Source: a virus. Taken from it: a stretch of 64,000 nucleotides of DNA. The stretch lies in IMG/VR virus record IMGVR_UViG_3300045988_174937; one strand, 5' to 3'. Position 1 is the first letter of the stretch. Each line of letters begins with the position of its first letter. The position numbers and the translations under genes were made by a program. Positions 9,782 to 17,992 of the stretch are shown piece by piece. The notes below the pieces were generated by a model. It was not told the origin of the DNA. It ran no database searches and saw only the letters and a program-made list of their open reading frames with translations.

Positions 9782-10219
9782 ATGTGGATTATCTTCAACA
9801 AGCTAATTCCCGTCAAGGGGTTCTGGATGATGACCCTGTGGTTCATGATTTTCGTTCGCGAAGATACGGCACACGGACGTAATATCCCGGCAACTGTTTA
9901 CCGTCACGAGCGTCGTCACTGGCACCAGGTTCTTCAAATCATGATTACCTCCTTTGCGTTGTTCCTTGCAACGTGGCTCATCTACGATTACAACCCTTGG
10001 TGGTGGTTGCTTTGGGTGGCGTCGTATTATGCCGTGTACGTGGCATGCTGGTTGATTGAAATCCTGCTTCCGCCGTATAACATGGCGTACAAGAACATCT
10101 GTTTCGAAACCGAATGCCAATATACCCAGGACGACCCCGATTATTCGCGTCACTTCTGGAATCATTGGTTTGGATGGTTTAAGTATATTTCGAATAAGAA
10201 ATACCCACCCAAGCGGTAA
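9782..10219 (+). CDS. polytopic membrane protein with HExxH motif
   Basis: Several hydrophobic segments plus HERRH (HExxH). It is the last gene before a strong terminator. Confidence 0.45.
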   Translation: MWIIFNKLIPVKGFWMMTLWFMIFVREDTAHGRNIPATVYRHERRHWHQVLQIMITSFALFLATWLIYDYNPWWWLLWVASYYAVYVACWLIEILLPPYNMAYKNICFETECQYTQDDPDYSRHFWNHWFGWFKYISNKKYPPKR

Positions 10220-10241
10220 CGACAGCAGTTCGTAAAGAGAG

Positions 10242-10265
10242 GCCCCGGTTCACGCCGGGGCTTTT
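10242..10265 (+). terminator. intrinsic terminator ending the structural module
   Basis: GCCCCGG (10242-10248) pairs with CCGGGGC (10255-10261) around a 6-nt loop, followed by TTTT. Confidence 0.75.
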
Positions 10266-10409
10266 CGCGTTGTAGGGCTGAAAATCTCATTGGCAGCGAG
10301 TTTTCCTTTACGAGCCTATACACGTACCTCGCCGGAACGTTTTGCGTCGCCTAATGGCTTACAACGTTTATGTGGTTACCAAAGCGTGCAACGGTGTTCG
10401 GGATAAACA

Positions 10410-10485
10410 GGGGTAAACCACTTCAACGACACGCGACCCATACAGCAAGAAGCCACATTGGCAGTAGGGGGAAAGGGGGTAAACC
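10410..10485. repeat. direct repeat GGGGTAAACC x2 in a 348-bp intergenic region
   Basis: Exact 10-mers at 10410-10419 and 10476-10485, with a related GGATAAAC at 10401. CATTGGCAG also occurs twice (10288, 10456). Confidence 0.5.
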
Positions 10486-10567
10486 TCCTTCGCTATATCC
10501 CCCACCAGCAAGTGTATGTGGTGTGCATGCGTGAGGCACGTGATTGTGAAACGAAATTGTTGAAAAG

Positions 10568-10915
10568 ATGACTGTAAATGAATGGCGATTCAAGATATGC
10601 GTGAGAGCGCGTGATGAATGGCGAAAGAATCCTCAAAACTACAACGGCTTGTGCTCGTTGTTTGTGAATACGATAGTCCAAAATGGCCATGAAGAAACTG
10701 ACGACAAAGAGTTCAACGAGTTGATATTCGAGATTATTCGTCGCAAAGGATGTTGTAGGCCAACGGTATCTGAACTCATCCCAGAGTTTGTACGTCCAGC
10801 TGATGCCGATCAAGAAGCGGTCTTTTGGTGGATTACCTCCGATAAACAACGCCGTATGGAGTTTTTGGAGTATTTGGTGTCTTATTACGCCAACGCAGTT
10901 GATAAGGAAGAATAA
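10568..10915 (+). CDS. hypothetical protein
   Basis: 115-aa ORF, the first gene after the long intergenic region. Visibly A/T-richer than the structural genes. Confidence 0.6.
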   Translation: MTVNEWRFKICVRARDEWRKNPQNYNGLCSLFVNTIVQNGHEETDDKEFNELIFEIIRRKGCCRPTVSELIPEFVRPADADQEAVFWWITSDKQRRMEFLEYLVSYYANAVDKEE

Positions 10916-10916
10916 T

Positions 10917-11267
10917 ATGGTTTGGCGACGGGTTAAAGGAGCTGAAACGGCGTGGAGTATTGTACGTGAGGTGGTGTCCTCACGAAAGGTTGGCCAACGT
11001 ATTACGCAAGGAAAAGTGCGTGCTGAGTTGGAAAAGCGTTTGGAGAATTACAAGAAATATGGTTCTTTGGCCACTGTAAACGCTTATTTCAATTATTTGG
11101 CTGGAGCAGGGTACATTCGTCATCGATATCATAACGACCCGTGGGTTATTGTGGAGCCTCTTCCTCCAGACCTTTCATCGGCAAAGTTAGTAGAGATGTA
11201 TAAAAATCGTAAGATAAAACGCGGATATGGCTTGCAGGATAGATATCGCAAGAGAAAATTTCTTTGA
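10917..11267 (+). CDS. hypothetical protein
   Basis: ATG at 10917, 2 nt after the upstream stop, inside ORF 10788..11267. Confidence 0.55.
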   Translation: MVWRRVKGAETAWSIVREVVSSRKVGQRITQGKVRAELEKRLENYKKYGSLATVNAYFNYLAGAGYIRHRYHNDPWVIVEPLPPDLSSAKLVEMYKNRKIKRGYGLQDRYRKRKFL

Positions 11268-12735
11268 ATATTCGTTTCGAAATTCCGACAGTACGGGGAA
11301 ACGGATAGTCGCAGCGGCTCTTACATTCAGGAATCCAAGTCCGTTTGCCTATTCTGACAAGATACAGATGTTCGATAGGCGTATGTTCACATTTCGTGTG
11401 GGGATGTTGCCTACGCTGTTGAAGAAGTTGTCAAATAGGGGATTGGATTATCGGCTACAAGATTACGAATACAAAATACCACGAAAGATAAAAATCGACC
11501 CACGCCTCAGTGGTAAATACATTCACCAGCGGCGGGCTGTAGAAGCGTTTCTGCGGCGGCGTGTAGGTATTATCGTCGTTCCGACGCGCGGCGGTAAAAC
11601 CTACATTGCTGGCGAGTGTATTCGCATATTTTGCGAAGAGCAACCTGCAGACCAGGTGTTGTTCTTGGTGGATAGTAAAACTTTATTTCAACAGGCAATA
11701 GACGATTTTCATCACTATTTTGAACCTTATGGAGGTATAGAAATTGGCGAGATACGTGCTGGGTGTATTGATACCGAAAAGCGCGTAACCGTTGGCATGA
11801 TACAAACCATTCAAGCGACACTGTCTAAACGTTGTACAGATACGCGTAAAAAGAACGGCCTAAAGAATTATTTGAAGTCCATTCGATTTTTGGTCGTTGA
11901 TGAAATACACGATAACGCATCACCAACCAAGCTATCAATCTACAAAAAGTGCATACATCTTACACACCAGCTGAGCCTTTCGGCTACGCCGTATCGTGCA
12001 GAGGCGTTTGTAGAAAACTTGCGTTTGAGGGCTTGGAGTGGTGATGTTGTTTATCGTATAAAGGAAGAAACGCTCCGTGAACGCGGCGTATTAACAGAAT
12101 ACAAGGTGTTTTTGCTGGCCTTGGAACAGGACCCCCGTTCGGTATTAGCTTCGACATATGCAGCGTACCAAAAAGCGATGATATTTAACAACAAGATACG
12201 TGATAATATCGTTGTTTTGGTAGTTAAGATGTGTCAGAGGTGCGGGTTTAAGACCTTGTTGATGTTTCAATCTGTTGACCATGGACGTCACATTAGCGAA
12301 CTCACAGGATGTACGTTTATTCATGGCGACACGGTTAACGAAGAGCGAGAACATGTTAAAGAGGAATTCTTGGCGCGTACTGATGGTGGTGTATTATTGG
12401 CGTCGAATATTTTCAAGAAAGGCGTTACGCTTCCTGAAGTCGAAGTGTTGTTTAACGTTGACGGAGGGCTTGAAAACGCCAACACTATCCAGAAAAAAGG
12501 GCGTGTTCTTGGCGCTACGGTCGATAAGACCCATTCAGCCATTATCGACTTTATTGACTTGGACGATTCTTACTTTGCCGAGCACTCTGCTACACGGTTA
12601 AATACCTACGTTAAAGCCGTCGGCGAGGGTAAGATTGGAATACTCGATACGGCGGTTGATGATTGGTTAAAAACTCTTGAACGATGGCTGACGATTTGGT
12701 TATCTGTAAACAGGCACTCTACCGATACGCCGTGA
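11227..12735 (+). CDS. superfamily 2 DEAD/DEAH-type DNA helicase
   Basis: Motif I VVPTRGGKTYIAGE, motif II LVVDEIHDN, motif III LSATPYR, motif VI QKKGRVLG. Confidence 0.7.
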   Translation: MACRIDIARENFFEYSFRNSDSTGKRIVAAALTFRNPSPFAYSDKIQMFDRRMFTFRVGMLPTLLKKLSNRGLDYRLQDYEYKIPRKIKIDPRLSGKYIHQRRAVEAFLRRRVGIIVVPTRGGKTYIAGECIRIFCEEQPADQVLFLVDSKTLFQQAIDDFHHYFEPYGGIEIGEIRAGCIDTEKRVTVGMIQTIQATLSKRCTDTRKKNGLKNYLKSIRFLVVDEIHDNASPTKLSIYKKCIHLTHQLSLSATPYRAEAFVENLRLRAWSGDVVYRIKEETLRERGVLTEYKVFLLALEQDPRSVLASTYAAYQKAMIFNNKIRDNIVVLVVKMCQRCGFKTLLMFQSVDHGRHISELTGCTFIHGDTVNEEREHVKEEFLARTDGGVLLASNIFKKGVTLPEVEVLFNVDGGLENANTIQKKGRVLGATVDKTHSAIIDFIDLDDSYFAEHSATRLNTYVKAVGEGKIGILDTAVDDWLKTLERWLTIWLSVNRHSTDTP

Positions 12736-13286
12736 GGCTGTTGGTGGATGTGTTGTACCAGATGGGGTGTGATATGCGTCAGACATTCCGTGTGAACGAT
12801 ACCGACATCCACGCGTGGAATCACTTCATAGAGAAATATCCTTCTGCGACGGAAGACTTCACACGACGGTTTATTCTGTTCCAATTACAATGTCGTTACG
12901 GCGAACGACCAAGTGTAACACGTAAGGCGTTAAGTCGTACGCGATTGGCGTGGCTGGTTAGTAAGGCGGCCATAAAATCATGGGAAAAGGTCTATCCGAC
13001 GTCGGCCGCGCGTTTTGTGGCTAAGGGGCTGAAAAGCCGTTTTGACGTCTCTACACTCAAGAGCGAGACCGAGTTACCAGCGTTATTAGTTAGGCTTATA
13101 GACCGCGAAGAAAAAGCCAAGGCGGCGTTTTATGGCGCCAATAAAGGGTTTGCGTGGTGTGTCGTGAATACGACGCTATACCACCACCGGAGTCCCTGGT
13201 GTACGACGTGTAAGTTCAAGGAACAGTGTAAGAAATTACTGGGTAAGAACTACCCGCTTGTGTACAAAATACGAGGATATGCTTAA
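12684..13286 (+). CDS. hypothetical protein (between the two helicases)
   Basis: 200-aa ORF. The start is uncertain because it overlaps the helicase by 52 nt. Confidence 0.5.
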   Translation: MADDLVICKQALYRYAVRLLVDVLYQMGCDMRQTFRVNDTDIHAWNHFIEKYPSATEDFTRRFILFQLQCRYGERPSVTRKALSRTRLAWLVSKAAIKSWEKVYPTSAARFVAKGLKSRFDVSTLKSETELPALLVRLIDREEKAKAAFYGANKGFAWCVVNTTLYHHRSPWCTTCKFKEQCKKLLGKNYPLVYKIRGYA

Positions 13287-14694
13287 AGATAGACTATCGT
13301 CCAACCTAATTACCGAACTGCTCTCGGCGGCTATCCGTAAACGTTCGGTGTTCGATATATTGAACCAATATCTGCGCTTTTCGTACCTCCAGGTTGAGGC
13401 TGAAAAGAAAGTGTGGAAAAAGATGACTGAACGCTATTCCAAAACCGGGCGTGTACCGACCATCGGCCAGTTACAACAGGCCTTTCTGGACGACGAGGGG
13501 GCGTTGGAGTTAATCGAGAATATACGCGACGTCGATGTTACGGACGAAGACATTCCGTCGTTGATAGCGTCGCTGGAAGCGTACATTCGCCAGATGAAAT
13601 TTCTCGACGCTAACGACCGTATCGCCGATTCCTACAACATGGGCGATAAGGAAAAGGCATATAATATCCTCATCAAGGCAGCCGAGGAAATATCACATTT
13701 CACCATCCAGGACGCCAAGTACGACCGCGTGTTCAGCGACTTCAACCGTCGTCAGCTGGAACGGCGGAGCACCGACTGGAATTACCGCTTCAAAATCCCT
13801 ACCTGCATTGACGAACTGGATTACAAGTTAGGCGGTTCGAACGGCGGCCCTGAAACAGGCGAGGCGTGGTTGTGGATGGGTATATCGGGTGCAGGTAAAT
13901 CACAAGCGCTGGTTCACCTGGGTATCGCGGCTTCACGACAGGGGTATCGCGTGGTTCATTTCCAGCTGGAGGGTACGCGTGAACAAGCCATGGCCCGTTA
14001 CGATTCGGCGTGGTTAGGTGGTATCTATCAGGATGTAAAGGTTGGTAATATTTCCGACACTAAACTGAAGATGGCGCAACGCGTCGTGGCCAAGTTAGGT
14101 AAAACCGACATTATCGTCGTGGCGGTTGAAAGTTTCGGTGGCATGACCGTTACCCAGATGCGTCAAGAACTCCAAGACATAGAACGGGCCTATGGCAAAG
14201 TTGACATGATACTGTGGGACTACCTCGAATTGGCCGAGTTAGGTGACGGTCATAGCTATTCGATGAACGAGGAGCGCTTCCGTCAGATGAAACTGGCTCA
14301 GCAGGCCAAGATGCTGGCGATGGAGTTCAACGCCGTGGTTCACGTTGCTACCCAGGCTAACGGTATTCCGCCCGAACTCCTCAATGACCCCGACTTCGTC
14401 ATCACGCGTTACAACCTGGCGGAGGCTAAAGGTAAGGTGAACCCGATGGACGGTTTCGTGACGATGAATTTCACGTCCGACGAGCGCAAGGAAGAAATCA
14501 TGCGTTTGTACCTCGATAAGGCTCGTGAACACAAGGCCGGGGATATTATCCGTATTTGTAACAACATGACCTACTCGCGTTTCTACGACCGTAAGCGAAC
14601 GCTGGAAATGCCGTGGGAGGATATCGTCGAAGAGCAGCACGCTACAAAAACGAAACGCGGGCGGCGTAATACGTCGGTGGACGATGACGAATAA
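13279..14694 (+). CDS. DnaB-like replicative helicase
   Basis: ATG at 13279 (ATGCTTAA overlap with the upstream stop). Walker A GISGAGKSQALVHLG, Walker B-like MILWDYLEL, then HVATQANG. Confidence 0.65.
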   Translation: MLKDRLSSNLITELLSAAIRKRSVFDILNQYLRFSYLQVEAEKKVWKKMTERYSKTGRVPTIGQLQQAFLDDEGALELIENIRDVDVTDEDIPSLIASLEAYIRQMKFLDANDRIADSYNMGDKEKAYNILIKAAEEISHFTIQDAKYDRVFSDFNRRQLERRSTDWNYRFKIPTCIDELDYKLGGSNGGPETGEAWLWMGISGAGKSQALVHLGIAASRQGYRVVHFQLEGTREQAMARYDSAWLGGIYQDVKVGNISDTKLKMAQRVVAKLGKTDIIVVAVESFGGMTVTQMRQELQDIERAYGKVDMILWDYLELAELGDGHSYSMNEERFRQMKLAQQAKMLAMEFNAVVHVATQANGIPPELLNDPDFVITRYNLAEAKGKVNPMDGFVTMNFTSDERKEEIMRLYLDKAREHKAGDIIRICNNMTYSRFYDRKRTLEMPWEDIVEEQHATKTKRGRRNTSVDDDE

Positions 14695-15643
14695 ATGGGG
14701 CATAGACGTTCGTGAGTTGCTTGGTACGAACGGGCGATTTAATTCGCGTCGCACGGAATATATCACCAAGTGCCCTTTTTGTGGGAAAGAATCCCATTTC
14801 TATGTTAATGTCAGCACCCTGCGCTTTTCGTGTAAGAAATGCTGGGAGGAGGGCGGCGTTTACAAGCTACTATCGCAGTTTGATAAGTTGTACCTGTTAG
14901 AGGGAGCCACTATCGAGGAACGCGAGGTAATACCCAAAATCCGCGATTTGGCTGCGTCTGCCACTGAAGACGTAAAACTGGGGCCACTGCCGCCACGGAA
15001 GATGCCTGTGGGCTACAAAGTGTGTTTGCACGACACTTATCTCGAACGCGACCGCGGTCTTACTCCAGCCGTTATGAAGCGATACGCCATTGGCCGTACT
15101 AAGTTGGTGCGGAGGTACGCCGATTATATCCTCATTCCGGTAACTACCGATGGCGTCGTCACGGCTTTCCAGGGCCGTTACGCTTCTAAGAAAGTACCGC
15201 CCGACGCCCTGCGCTGGCGTAACGATACCGGGGCTGACTTCGCCAAGATGCTGTATGGCTACGACGATATAAAGGTGCCCGGCGCGACGGTGATATTGGT
15301 TGAGGGCGTATTCGATAAAATAGCTGTGGACCGTCGGTTACGATTGGACGAGTGTGACGACGTCAAGTGCTGTGCTACGTTCGGCAAGAAAATAAGCGAC
15401 TACCAACGTGCCATGCTCCAGAAAAAGGGCGTCCGCTCGGTGGTGTTGCTTTACGATTTTGACGCCATAAAAGAGATTAAAAAGTACGCGTTCGAATTGG
15501 ACAAATATTTTTCTACAAATATAGTTTTCACGACCAAAAAGGACATTGACGAGTGTAATGAAGCTGAGACGTTGGAGGTTTTCAAACGTTTACAACGTCC
15601 TCGCGATTTTGCTTGGAATGTTATAGGAAAACTAAAAAGGTAA
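14684..15643 (+). CDS. DNA primase (zinc ribbon + Toprim)
   Basis: Zinc ribbon CPFCGKESHFYVNVSTLRFSCKKC; Toprim VILVEGVFDKIAV and LLYDFDA. Confidence 0.7.
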   Translation: MTNKWGIDVRELLGTNGRFNSRRTEYITKCPFCGKESHFYVNVSTLRFSCKKCWEEGGVYKLLSQFDKLYLLEGATIEEREVIPKIRDLAASATEDVKLGPLPPRKMPVGYKVCLHDTYLERDRGLTPAVMKRYAIGRTKLVRRYADYILIPVTTDGVVTAFQGRYASKKVPPDALRWRNDTGADFAKMLYGYDDIKVPGATVILVEGVFDKIAVDRRLRLDECDDVKCCATFGKKISDYQRAMLQKKGVRSVVLLYDFDAIKEIKKYAFELDKYFSTNIVFTTKKDIDECNEAETLEVFKRLQRPRDFAWNVIGKLKR

Positions 15644-15648
15644 CAATC

Positions 15649-16077
15649 ATGAACACCAAGAAGAACCTGTCAGCGGCGGAGTATTTTCACGTTGTGCAAC
15701 AGGAATATCTCATGGCAGAATTTCGACGTAAAATATACTTTTCCCCCAAAGACAAGCGGTATTATGAACGGTTGATGCAGTACAAGCGGGAGAAGATTGA
15801 AGATATCGGCATGCGCTATCGCTTATTGTCGATTTTCAATTCTGTAGATAAGGTAAACGCCATTCGCGCCGAACTGTTCGACCCACTGGGGCGGCCTATG
15901 TTCCATATGAGTGAACAGGATTGGAAGAATTACTATTCTGTAAATTCTGATTTCTCGTATCGAGGCGAGGTTTGGAAACTGGACGCTGTTAAGGGAGATG
16001 TTCTTACTTTATACAACGAACGGCAGGAAGTGTACGCTGACGACGTCTCCAAGGATGAAGTCATAAGAATTTTGTAA
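15649..16077 (+). CDS. hypothetical protein
   Basis: ATG at 15649 inside ORF 15613..16077. Confidence 0.6.
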   Translation: MNTKKNLSAAEYFHVVQQEYLMAEFRRKIYFSPKDKRYYERLMQYKREKIEDIGMRYRLLSIFNSVDKVNAIRAELFDPLGRPMFHMSEQDWKNYYSVNSDFSYRGEVWKLDAVKGDVLTLYNERQEVYADDVSKDEVIRIL

Positions 16078-16094
16078 AATTTTAGCTAAAATTC

Positions 16095-16125
16095 TTTGTA
16101 GATTGAAATATTGTTACTAAATTTG
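16095..16125 (+). promoter_or_regulatory. Bacteroidota-type promoter P1 (-33 TTTG / -7 TAAATTTG)
   Basis: TTTG at 16095-16098, a 19-nt spacer, TAAATTTG at 16118-16125. Shares TTTGTAGATTG with three other copies. Confidence 0.6.
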
Positions 16126-16171
16126 CGCTGGAGTTGGTTGTTAACAGCCAACAATCGTAAAACAAATTGGC

Positions 16172-16804
16172 ATGAAAGCGTCGGAAAAAGCCTACAAAGA
16201 ATTAGAGTATTTAGCTGTTAAATACGCCAACAAGCTATACTCCTATGAAGAGTTGTCACTGGAACGTGACGACCTCTTGCAAGAATTTCGTTTGAAAATT
16301 TTCACTTCTATAAAAGCCTACGGGCGTCGTTGGCTGGCATATCGCCGCGGTGAGGCCCCTAAGCCAGTTCCCCTTAAATACTATGTCGAATGCGCTTGTT
16401 CTAACAAGGGTAATGATATTATGCGTGCTATTCGGAAGGAGAACTACAAACTACGCATCGACCAAACAGCGTATGATTATGGCGTGGAAGATACTGTACA
16501 TGTAGATTCCGGAAAAGATAAATTCGTACTCAATGGCGTTGACGTTTTGGCTAATTTGACTGGTGTAAAGCGTGTTATATTTTCGATGCATGTACGCGGT
16601 CAAAGTAAGAAATTAATGGCGCGTATATTACGCACACCGTTTGCTGTGGCCGAGGGTTACGACCCTAATATGATGATTAACGATGCTAAAATGCTTGTCG
16701 ATAAAATAATCGAAGACCAGAAGCAGTATTTGTTGAACAACCATCGTGCAGCGTTATATTATACACCAACGCGTTACGATTACTATCGTGTACAAGAAGA
16801 TTGA
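16172..16804 (+). CDS. putative sigma-70/ECF-like transcription factor
   Basis: Region-2-like ERDDLLQEFRLKIFTSIKAYGRRW and region-4-like LTGVKRVIFSMHVRGQSKKLMARIL. Sits directly behind promoter P1. Confidence 0.4.
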   Translation: MKASEKAYKELEYLAVKYANKLYSYEELSLERDDLLQEFRLKIFTSIKAYGRRWLAYRRGEAPKPVPLKYYVECACSNKGNDIMRAIRKENYKLRIDQTAYDYGVEDTVHVDSGKDKFVLNGVDVLANLTGVKRVIFSMHVRGQSKKLMARILRTPFAVAEGYDPNMMINDAKMLVDKIIEDQKQYLLNNHRAALYYTPTRYDYYRVQED

Positions 16805-16833
16805 CCAAATTGTCTAACAAAAAGTATAACAAC

Positions 16834-17874
16834 ATGGCAACTAAACTTTCCAAAGTGCAGGTCGAAAAGATGAATGACCTGGATCTCGGTTTCACGGCAA
16901 AAACCGAAGAACAAGCAAGAGAACAACTCCTGGAGTGGCTGGAAGCACATGGTCTTCCGGGCATGGAACAGGAAACGTTCGACAACCTCCTGGACATTGT
17001 CGGTTCGATGTCTTCCATTTCCAGCGACGAAGCTCAGGTTGCTGCTCCTAATTTCGCCGAGGCCGAGGCTGATGAACTGGCTAAGGAGGCTGCTGAGGAA
17101 GAAGCTGAGGCTGATGACGACGAAGAGGAAGAAGAGGTCCCCGCTCCCGCTGAGGCTGTAGAAGCTGAAGAGGAGAAGCCCGCCGCCAAAGAAAAGACCG
17201 CTCCGGCCAAGAAAAAAGCCGCTAAGGCAGCGAAGAAACCTGCGGCCAACAAGCGCGGTGTGCGCTTGGTTCCGCAGAAGAGTAAGGAAGACCTGGCTAA
17301 ACTGCAGGAACTCCTTGGCGATTTGTTCCCGACGGACAAGTACGAGTATGTTCCGGTGTCGCGTGGTATTTCAATCAAGTACCGCGGTACAAACTCCAAA
17401 CAGGTGGCGATTATGTTCGAGAACGTCTACCTCAAAGACGGCGAACCGTCGACTACTAACGTCGTTCTGAACGCATTCCGGAATCAAACGCTTCAGGACA
17501 AACTCACCGACGACGGTGTTCAGTTCGACCAAACGTGGAATGCGTTGCCGCTGTTCAAGAACATCGATTGGAACGAGGCTCTGGAACTCGTCGGTAACTA
17601 CATGAGCGACATCCAGCAGGTAGTGGCCAACACGGACAATCGACTTGGGCGTAACCGCGCTAAGATGGAGGAGGGGCTCAAGGCCAACGACAAGAAGCCG
17701 GCAAAGAAAGCCGCCGCTCCGGTCGCTAAGAAAGCCGCTCCTGCGCCCGCTGCGAAGAAAGCCGCCTCCAAGGCTGAAGCCAAGGCCGAGCCTACCGAGG
17801 ACCCCAAGGCTAAGGCCCGCGCTGCGTTGCTGAAAGCGGCCGCAGCTAAGAAAGCTAAAGCCTCCAAGAAATAA
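16834..17874 (+). CDS. Lys/Ala-rich histone H1-like (putative DNA-binding) protein with an acidic tract
   Basis: ATG at 16834. Acidic stretch EEEAEADDDEEEEE, then AKKAAKAAKKPAANK. C-terminus is KKPAKKAAAPVAKKAAPAPAAKKAASKAEAKA...AAAKKAKASKK. Confidence 0.5.
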   Translation: MATKLSKVQVEKMNDLDLGFTAKTEEQAREQLLEWLEAHGLPGMEQETFDNLLDIVGSMSSISSDEAQVAAPNFAEAEADELAKEAAEEEAEADDDEEEEEVPAPAEAVEAEEEKPAAKEKTAPAKKKAAKAAKKPAANKRGVRLVPQKSKEDLAKLQELLGDLFPTDKYEYVPVSRGISIKYRGTNSKQVAIMFENVYLKDGEPSTTNVVLNAFRNQTLQDKLTDDGVQFDQTWNALPLFKNIDWNEALELVGNYMSDIQQVVANTDNRLGRNRAKMEEGLKANDKKPAKKAAAPVAKKAAPAPAAKKAASKAEAKAEPTEDPKAKARAALLKAAAAKKAKASKK

Positions 17875-17915
17875 ACCCGGAAGGGAGGATACGAGATAGG
17901 TTACTAAATTACCCG

Positions 17916-17941
17916 CCCCGGTCGTCATGGCCGGGGTTTTT
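17916..17941 (+). terminator. intrinsic terminator
   Basis: CCCCGG (17916-17921) pairs with CCGGGG (17931-17936) around a 9-nt loop, followed by TTTTT. Confidence 0.7.
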
Positions 17942-17992
17942 CACATTCCTCGTTCCAGCGTTATTAAGGCCAGATAAAACCGTATTAAGGAT

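Noticed and set aside
10288-10300. Sigma-54 type promoters at TGGCAG sites (10291, 10459, 50766, 50828)
   Set aside because: None has the required GC element (TTGC) at the correct spacing of 10 nt after the GG dinucleotide.
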